Source of the DNA: an uncultured virus (IMG/VR IMGVR_UViG_3300032326_001218)
Taxonomy: Duplodnaviria; Heunggongvirae; Uroviricota; Caudoviricetes
Virus record (IMG/VR): IMGVR_UViG_3300032326_001218
DNA: 64,000 nt
Direction: 5' to 3' (one strand)
Positions within the stretch are counted from its first letter, which is position 1, and the number at the start of each line of letters is the position of its first letter. Below the pieces are notes generated by a model, which did no database searches, was not told the origin of the DNA, and saw only the letters and a program-made list of their open reading frames with translations. Position numbers and translations under genes: made by a program. Shown one piece after another: positions 39,221 to 46,475 of this stretch.

Positions 39221-41218
39221 ATGAAAAAATTACGATATGTTTGTTGCCAACCGGCAATCACTTATTACACTTGGCAAGTTGAAGTTCTAATTAACAACTT
39301 CAAAAAAATGGGAGTAAACCCAAACTACATTGATATAGTTTGTGGTATAGATGGTGGTATTATTCCGGAGGATTGGAAAAAGTTAATGCTACATTATAAT
39401 ACCGTTCGTTTTTTCTTTTACAATGATACTAGAACAGATAAAACGTATCAACCATCCATTTATTTTAATTTAATGAAACAACATATCGTTGCAAGACCTG
39501 AAATACAGGATGATGTTTTATTTCTACATGATTCGGATATAGTTTTAACAAAACCACCAAAGTTTGATGGTATGATAGGGGGTAATAGCTGGTACTTATC
39601 TAATACTAAATTTTATATAAATTATGATTATATAATAGGTAAGGGTGAACACATTTATAAAAAGATGTGTGAAATAATTGGAATAGACCCGTTAATACCC
39701 AAACTACTAAATAATAATTCAGGTGGAGCACAATATATAGTTAAAAACACTACATATGAATTTTGGGATAAAGTAGAAACTGATAGTATAAATCTATATA
39801 AATATTTTTGTGATACTGAACATTTGCATGTTAAAAAAAGTGAATATGATTATCCAATACAAAAATGGACTGCGGGAATGTGGGCGCTTCTTTGGAATGC
39901 TTGGTTAGTAGGACATGAAACGATAGTAGATGAACGATTGGATTTTGGATGGGTAACTGGTGATATTTCGGAAGTAGAAAAATATCCTATACTACACAAT
40001 GCAGGAGTTGTAGCAGATTCAACTCATATACATTCGTATTCAAAAGGGTTATTTTATAAAGGAGCTTTTACTAATAAACTACCATACAACGAATTATTAA
40101 GTATAAGTGAAAAATATGCTTCTTCTTATTATTGGAAAGAAATATGCGAAACTGCAAATAAATCTATTTTAATTGAACAAACGGATGAGAGTAAAATTAA
40201 AAATGATTTTAACAAATATAAAATTACAAACTTACAAATAGACCCATATGGTGTATGTAATGCAAAGTGTTGGTATTGTCCTGTAAAATATAAAGGAAAT
40301 CCAACCGAAGGTAAAGCGGTAATGAGTCCGGAATTATTTGAAAAAATAATTAAAAATCTAATAGATGAAAGAGAAAGACCGGATGGATTAGTTAGTAAAG
40401 CATTTAATGGATTTTACACAGCACATTACAACGAAGTTCTTTTGTATCCACATTTTGAAGAAATCCTTAAAATATGTAGAAAGTATAAATTGGTAACAAT
40501 GGTACTTTCAAATGGTATTCCATTAACACCTGAAAAAGTTGATATACTAAAACAATATCAGGATTGTTTAAGTGGTATATGTTTAAATACACCGGCATTT
40601 GATGCAGAAACTTGGAGTAAACGAAGTGGTATTAATATAAAACAATTTGATAAGTTAATATCAAATATAAAATATGCAGTAGAGCAATTACCTGGAATGG
40701 TTGAAAGAAAAGCGTTCTCTATTCAAATAAATGGAGTGCATGACTTATCATTTGGTAATAAAGGTGGTTGGTTAGAAAAAGGAGAACAATTTCCATCTGA
40801 TATTGATTTGAATGTGGAAAGTGGAGAATTAGTGCAACAGGAGAAAAAAGCAAGAGAATTATTTCCTGGAGTAAATATATTCACAGTACCGTACCTTATT
40901 GATAGAGCAGGATTATTGGATGAAGTTATAACAAACGGTCCAGCAATACAACGAAACTTAATGAAAAACAATGAAGGTAAAAAAGTTATAGGTTGTGGTA
41001 ATGGTAGAGAAGTTGGTGGTAGACCAATCGGATGGGTGCATGTAAATGCAAATGGTGATGCTTTCCTATGTTGTAATGATTATGATTTTGATTTTAAATT
41101 TGGAAACTTACAAACACAAGAATTAAGAGATTTTTGGGGTAATGAAGAACATATCCAAAAGATAAAACAATCATACGAAACTATATGTAGAAGTTGTGCA
41201 TCTGCTGTTTTTGAATAA
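39221..41218 (+). CDS. GT-A-fold glycosyltransferase-like domain fused to a radical SAM/SPASM-type domain
   Basis: N-terminal YYTWQVEVL, LFLHDSD, GGAQYI, WTAGMWA; C-terminal CNAKCWYC, NGDAFLCC.D, ICRSC. Confidence 0.75.
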   Translation: MKKLRYVCCQPAITYYTWQVEVLINNFKKMGVNPNYIDIVCGIDGGIIPEDWKKLMLHYNTVRFFFYNDTRTDKTYQPSIYFNLMKQHIVARPEIQDDVLFLHDSDIVLTKPPKFDGMIGGNSWYLSNTKFYINYDYIIGKGEHIYKKMCEIIGIDPLIPKLLNNNSGGAQYIVKNTTYEFWDKVETDSINLYKYFCDTEHLHVKKSEYDYPIQKWTAGMWALLWNAWLVGHETIVDERLDFGWVTGDISEVEKYPILHNAGVVADSTHIHSYSKGLFYKGAFTNKLPYNELLSISEKYASSYYWKEICETANKSILIEQTDESKIKNDFNKYKITNLQIDPYGVCNAKCWYCPVKYKGNPTEGKAVMSPELFEKIIKNLIDERERPDGLVSKAFNGFYTAHYNEVLLYPHFEEILKICRKYKLVTMVLSNGIPLTPEKVDILKQYQDCLSGICLNTPAFDAETWSKRSGINIKQFDKLISNIKYAVEQLPGMVERKAFSIQINGVHDLSFGNKGGWLEKGEQFPSDIDLNVESGELVQQEKKARELFPGVNIFTVPYLIDRAGLLDEVITNGPAIQRNLMKNNEGKKVIGCGNGREVGGRPIGWVHVNANGDAFLCCNDYDFDFKFGNLQTQELRDFWGNEEHIQKIKQSYETICRSCASAVFE

Positions 41219-41254
41219 TTTAAAATATATATATTTATATACAAACAATAAATT

Positions 41255-41533
41255 ATGTCACAAATTAAAGAAAAATTACCTCAAGACACATTAGACTTCA
41301 TAAACAACACTCAATCTGAACTTAGCATGTTAATATTTCAGGTAGGAGAAATAAGTTTTAAAATAAGGGAGTTTAAGAGTGAAATAGAAAAGTTTGAAGC
41401 TATTAAAAAAGAAACCGAAGAAAAATTTGATTTGCTTGCACTCAAACTAGAAAACAGCGTATCGGACTTACAAAAAAAGTATCCTAATGGTGAAATAAAC
41501 CTAGCAGATGGTACTATTTCTTATGAATCTTAA
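41255..41533 (+). CDS. small coiled-coil protein (paralogue of 46075..46437)
   Basis: VGEI...LQKKYPNGEINLADGTI. Confidence 0.65.
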   Translation: MSQIKEKLPQDTLDFINNTQSELSMLIFQVGEISFKIREFKSEIEKFEAIKKETEEKFDLLALKLENSVSDLQKKYPNGEINLADGTISYES

Positions 41534-41539
41534 AATAAA

Positions 41540-41571
41540 TTTGGTAGATTAAGAAAAAGTTTGTATATTTG
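41540..41571 (+). promoter_or_regulatory. Bacteroidetes housekeeping-sigma-type promoter
   Basis: TTTG (41540) - 20 nt - TATATTTG (41564), matching the -33 TTTG / -7 TAnnTTTG consensus. Confidence 0.75.
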
Positions 41572-41585
41572 ATATTATTTTTAGA

Positions 41586-43754
41586 ATGAAAACACAAAGA
41601 AAAAAGTTACTTTATATCTGTCCCCATTTATCAACAGGAGGACAACCCCAATACACATATAAACAAATAGAACATTTTGTTAATGAGTTTGATATTGAGG
41701 TAGTTGAAATAAACAACAGCGGCGGTGATGCATTTGTTGTTCAGAAAAATAGAATAAAAAAATTAGCGGTAGTTCATACACTGGGAGATGATAAGTCTAA
41801 AATATTGGATGTGATTGAAAAATTTAATCCAGATATTATACACTTTCAGGAAATACCACAGTTTGATTTACCAACTTATGTATTGGATAGTATCTTTACA
41901 AAGGATAGGTCTTATTTTATTTTAGCAACAACACATGGTTCGTTTACAACACCATCTGAAATTATATATCAACCAGACCGTTATGTTTTGGTTTCCGAAT
42001 GGAGTAAACAAAAGTTTGATGAAGCGAATTTAGGAGTTGAAACTACTCTATGGGAATATCCTATTAGTGAATATGTTTTTGATAAACAAATTGCAAAACA
42101 ACAATTAGGATTAGATTCTGAATGGAAACATGTTTTAATGGTTGGACTATTTTCACCTGGTAAAAATCAGGGTGAAATATTTTCAATAGCTAGGCAATTA
42201 GAAAAGTATAAAATTAAGTTTCACTTTGTTGGAAACCAAGCTATGAATTATGAACATTATTGGTTACCTTTAATGAAGCATAAGCCTGATAATTGTGTCA
42301 TATGGGGAGAGCGAGATGATGTGGATACATTCTATGCAGCATGTGACCTTTTTTATTTTTCATCTATATTGGAATTAAATCCACTTTCTATAAAAGAAGC
42401 ACTATCGTATAAATTACCATGTATCTTTAGAAATTTACATACATATTTGGATACATACGATAATAACTCATTGGTAACTTATATCAATGATGATTTAAAA
42501 CTTACCAAAAGAATTATTTTAGAAAAATTACAACCTGAATTTAATGAAATTCCTGGTTGGTTTGCATATAGAGAACTTTATGATGAGGTTGTAGAAAATG
42601 CGGGAAATAATGATGTGTTTGTAGAAGTAGGTGCATGGTTTGGTAAATCAACAAATTATTTAGCAGAAAAAATTAGAGAATCTAAAAAGAACATAAAGTT
42701 CACAACGGTAGATACTTGGAAAGGAACTGATGATGAAGATATACATCAAACAATTGTTGGTTCGTTTAATGGCGATATCTTCTACGAATTTATTGATAAC
42801 ACAATATTATCAGATAACTATGATAATATCAATATGATTAAAGATACTTCTAAAAATGCATCTAATCAGTTTGCAAATGGAAGTATAGATTATATAATGT
42901 TAGATGCCGGTCATAGTTATGATGCATTAAAAGAAGATTTACAATTTTGGTATAATAAAGTTAAACCAGGTGGAATTGTAAGTGGTGATGATTATGGTGT
43001 ATTTCACGGAGTTACACAAGCGGCAAATGAATTCTTCTATGGGCAATTTAAAGAAGGATTTCGTTCATTTATTCGTAGAAAACCAAAAATACAAGTTAGA
43101 CACCTATTAACTAGACCAGATGATGTTAGAGAAAGAGTGAGTAGAGCATCTTTAAAACAATTATCAAAATATGGTATTGATTATCTACCAATGGTAAACA
43201 AACCATATGACCAAACTCCACCATCTGAACATTGTAAAAGACCAGAACATATATCGGATAAACCTGGTAATTTTGGAAATGGATTGGGACCTTTAACTGG
43301 CAGACATTATGGATGTTTTTCTGCTCATAGAAAGGCGTTGGAAACAATGAGTGATGAATATGATTACACTTTGATATTTGAAGCAGATGCATTTATTTAT
43401 ACCGGTTTAGAAGAATTTGTGGATATAGTAAATAAAGCTTGTTTTATATCGGAGAGAGATGATGTTTACTATGTTGGATTGGCAAATAATAGTTCTAGAA
43501 ATAAAGAAAAGGTTGATGAACTATTCAGTAAAACTGCAGCAAATCAAGATTTAGCACATGCATACTTAATACCAAACCGAACTAAACAATGGTGGATTGA
43601 TAGATTTAATGATACGCCGTGGGAAGGATTTGATTTATGGCTTACTGATGTGTTTTACAAAGAACCAAAGCTTAGATATACAACAAATAAAGTATATTGT
43701 AAACAATCCGAAGGATATTCTCTTATAGACCAAACAGTAAAAACTTGGAGTTAA
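41586..43754 (+). CDS. three-domain protein: GT-B (GT4-like) glycosyltransferase, class I SAM methyltransferase, GT25-like domain
   Basis: PHLSTGG, KNQ, ELNPLSIKEAL; VEVGAWFGKS, DAGHSY, KPGGIVSGDDY; YGCFSAH, LIFEADA. Confidence 0.8.
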   Translation: MKTQRKKLLYICPHLSTGGQPQYTYKQIEHFVNEFDIEVVEINNSGGDAFVVQKNRIKKLAVVHTLGDDKSKILDVIEKFNPDIIHFQEIPQFDLPTYVLDSIFTKDRSYFILATTHGSFTTPSEIIYQPDRYVLVSEWSKQKFDEANLGVETTLWEYPISEYVFDKQIAKQQLGLDSEWKHVLMVGLFSPGKNQGEIFSIARQLEKYKIKFHFVGNQAMNYEHYWLPLMKHKPDNCVIWGERDDVDTFYAACDLFYFSSILELNPLSIKEALSYKLPCIFRNLHTYLDTYDNNSLVTYINDDLKLTKRIILEKLQPEFNEIPGWFAYRELYDEVVENAGNNDVFVEVGAWFGKSTNYLAEKIRESKKNIKFTTVDTWKGTDDEDIHQTIVGSFNGDIFYEFIDNTILSDNYDNINMIKDTSKNASNQFANGSIDYIMLDAGHSYDALKEDLQFWYNKVKPGGIVSGDDYGVFHGVTQAANEFFYGQFKEGFRSFIRRKPKIQVRHLLTRPDDVRERVSRASLKQLSKYGIDYLPMVNKPYDQTPPSEHCKRPEHISDKPGNFGNGLGPLTGRHYGCFSAHRKALETMSDEYDYTLIFEADAFIYTGLEEFVDIVNKACFISERDDVYYVGLANNSSRNKEKVDELFSKTAANQDLAHAYLIPNRTKQWWIDRFNDTPWEGFDLWLTDVFYKEPKLRYTTNKVYCKQSEGYSLIDQTVKTWS

Positions 43755-44902
43755 TGATTTACGATAATCTTAAAAAAAATAATAAAAGTATTAGGGAAAT
43801 AAATAACAATGTACTTATACATTTTATTAACGGCCCTTTTGTAGAAATTAAAGGACAAAAGAAGGCAAATTATAAAGTTGATTTTATTAATAATAAAACC
43901 GGTCAAATTTGCTATACAACAAGCATAGATAACAATTGTTGGTGTAGATGTAGTATTCAATATTTTATTGAATGGAAAATTGTTATTTACGAAAATGGTG
44001 TAGAGTGGTATAGCATGGTATTTAACGCCGAAGGTAAGAGAGTTTATATTGCAATGGATTCAAAAGCATTGGGAGATAGTTTAGCCTGGATACCTTATGT
44101 GCAAGAATTTAAAAAGCAGCATAAATGCGAAGTAATAGCATCTACCTTTATGAACGATATGTTTTTAGGAGAATATCCTGATATTGAATTTGTACAACCT
44201 GGTACACCTGTTCCTAATTTATATGCGATGTATTCGGTTGGACTATTTTATAATGAAAACGGTTCGGTAAATGGATTTAAAAACCCAGTAGACCCAAAAT
44301 CAGTAACAATGCAAAAAATGTGTTCTGATATACTTGGATTGGAATTTAAAGAAATAAAACCAAAAGTAAAACAAAGACCTGTAAAGTTAGATAACGATGT
44401 TAAACAAGTTTGTATTGCAACTTATGGTACTGCACAATCTAAATTTTGGAATAATCCAACCGGTTGGCAAGAAGTAGTTGATTGGTTGATTGGTAGAGGT
44501 TATTTGGTAAAATTACTTTCCAAAGAAGGTGATAACTATATGGGTAATAAATTGCCATTAGGAGTAATACAACATCCAAACGGTCCAATTGAATTGGTAA
44601 TGGATGAGATGAAAAAATCAAAAGCATTCATCGGTATTGGTAGTGGTTTAAGTTGGTTGAGTTGGGCATTGGATGTACCAACCGTTTTGATAAGCGGATT
44701 TTCTTATAAATGGGCAGAGATGGAAGATTGTGTGAGAATTGGTGCACCACAAGGAAAATGTGAAGGGTGCTTTAATAGAGTTAAATTGGATGCCGGTGAT
44801 TGGAATTGGTGTCCGGACCATAAAGGAACTGAAAGACAATTTGAATGTACTAAAAGTATTACATCCGAAATGGTGATAAGAGAGTTGGAAAAATTCCTAT
44901 AA
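43754..44902 (+). CDS. Aah/TibC-like protein O-heptosyltransferase (GT9-related); start likely ATG 43754
   Basis: ALGDSLAWIPY..EF...H.C, KFWNNPTGW, FIGIGSGLSWLSWA, LISGFS, CEGC...WNWCP.H.GTERQFECTKSI. Confidence 0.8.
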   Translation: MIYDNLKKNNKSIREINNNVLIHFINGPFVEIKGQKKANYKVDFINNKTGQICYTTSIDNNCWCRCSIQYFIEWKIVIYENGVEWYSMVFNAEGKRVYIAMDSKALGDSLAWIPYVQEFKKQHKCEVIASTFMNDMFLGEYPDIEFVQPGTPVPNLYAMYSVGLFYNENGSVNGFKNPVDPKSVTMQKMCSDILGLEFKEIKPKVKQRPVKLDNDVKQVCIATYGTAQSKFWNNPTGWQEVVDWLIGRGYLVKLLSKEGDNYMGNKLPLGVIQHPNGPIELVMDEMKKSKAFIGIGSGLSWLSWALDVPTVLISGFSYKWAEMEDCVRIGAPQGKCEGCFNRVKLDAGDWNWCPDHKGTERQFECTKSITSEMVIRELEKFL

Positions 44903-45291
44903 TGAAAATTTGGGTAAACGGAACTTTTGATATTTTACATATAGGGCATATTAGATTATTATCACATGCTTCATCACTTGGTATCTTACGAGTTGGATTG
45001 GATACGGATGAAAGAGTTCGTTCAAAAAAAGGAGAAGGAAGGCCGTTCAACAATTTAAATGACCGTATAGAATTTATATCTGCAATTAATGGAGTTGAAT
45101 CGGTTGTATCTTTTAATTCCGATGAAGAACTTATACAACAAATAAAAGATTGGGAGCCTGATATTATGGTCATCGGTAATGATTACAAACACCATCAGAT
45201 AATCGGTGTTGAATATATACCCAAAATAGAATTCTTTGAAAAAATAGAAGGATTAAGTACAACGAAAATATTAGGTGATGGGAAAATATAA
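44902..45291 (+). CDS. heptose-1-phosphate adenylyltransferase-like (RfaE/HldE domain II; HldC-like)
   Basis: NGTFDILHIGH, VGLDTD.RV...KG.GRP, PDIMVIGNDY, STTKI. Confidence 0.8.
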   Translation: MKIWVNGTFDILHIGHIRLLSHASSLGILRVGLDTDERVRSKKGEGRPFNNLNDRIEFISAINGVESVVSFNSDEELIQQIKDWEPDIMVIGNDYKHHQIIGVEYIPKIEFFEKIEGLSTTKILGDGKI

Positions 45292-46030
45292 AGTTTTAGT
45301 TATCGGTGAAGTATGTACTGATATTTTTAGATATGGTAAAACGAGCAGAAAATCTCCAGAAGGAAATGGACCAGTTTTCTTACCAATGGATGAATTAAAA
45401 GTTTCGGGTAGAGGAATGGCGGGTAATACAGCATCTAATTTACAATCTATGGGATTGGTTGTTGACACATATTTTGATAAAGGTATGATTACCAAAACGA
45501 GATATGTAAATAGCGATACAAACGAATTATATTTGAGAGTAGATGAAAATGATACTACAAATAGAATTGATATCTACGATTTGCCGGATTTGAAAAAATA
45601 TGATGCGGTTATTATATCCGATTATTGTAAAGGATTCCTAACCGAAGAAGATATTGATAAAATATCGTCTATGGCTAAATTTACAATATTAGATACTAAA
45701 AAGATTTTAGGTGATTGGTGCAAGAATGTATCTTTTATAAAAGTAAATAGAAATGAAGCTTATAACAATAGAGATATCATTTATCAAAACAAATGGTTAG
45801 AAGATAAGTTGATTATAACTTTAGATGGTATTGGTGCGTGTTATAAGGATAAAGTTATTTCAACCGAATATGTTGAGAACGCAGATGTTAGTGGAGCCGG
45901 TGATACATTTGTGGCTGGATTTATAGCTAGGTATTTAGATTCTAATAATGTAGAAGAATCTATTGATTGGGCTAATTATTGTGCAGGTGAAGTTGTAAAA
46001 GAAAAAGGAGTTTCTGTATTTAAAAAATAA
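45278..46030 (+). CDS. heptose-7-phosphate kinase-like PfkB enzyme (RfaE/HldE domain I; HldA-like)
   Basis: LVIGE..TD...G...R.SPE..PV, GMAGNTA.NL, TKTRY, ISDYCKG, DVSGAGDTF. Confidence 0.8.
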   Translation: MGKYKVLVIGEVCTDIFRYGKTSRKSPEGNGPVFLPMDELKVSGRGMAGNTASNLQSMGLVVDTYFDKGMITKTRYVNSDTNELYLRVDENDTTNRIDIYDLPDLKKYDAVIISDYCKGFLTEEDIDKISSMAKFTILDTKKILGDWCKNVSFIKVNRNEAYNNRDIIYQNKWLEDKLIITLDGIGACYKDKVISTEYVENADVSGAGDTFVAGFIARYLDSNNVEESIDWANYCAGEVVKEKGVSVFKK

Positions 46031-46074
46031 AAAACAATATACTTATATATACAAAACAATAAAAAAATAAACTT

Positions 46075-46437
46075 ATGAATGATTTAGATAACATTCCACA
46101 AAAACAAAGTATTGAGATTGAATCTGTAAAAATAGATGATTCTGTTAAAGAAAAGTTAGAACAACTTAATCAAAAACAAAACATCTTTATAAACGATTTC
46201 GGTCAAATATACCTTAGAAAAAAAGAAATACAAGCTGAACTTGTTAAGCTTGATGAAGTTCTTGCAAAATCAGAAGTTGAGTTTCAGTTAATAACTGAAG
46301 AAATCAAGAAAACAATTGATGAGTTGGATGAAAAATATCCACAAATGAGAATCAACCTTAAAGACGGTATTATTCAATACCAACCAGGTGCACCAACTAG
46401 AAAGCAGTTGGCTGAACAACAAGGTGGATTGGCCTAA
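46075..46437 (+). CDS. small coiled-coil protein (paralogue of 41255..41533)
   Basis: FGQI...LDEKYPQMRINLKDGII. Confidence 0.65.
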   Translation: MNDLDNIPQKQSIEIESVKIDDSVKEKLEQLNQKQNIFINDFGQIYLRKKEIQAELVKLDEVLAKSEVEFQLITEEIKKTIDELDEKYPQMRINLKDGIIQYQPGAPTRKQLAEQQGGLA

Positions 46438-46475
46438 TAATTTTGCAAAACAATAATCTCCAATATTTATATGAT

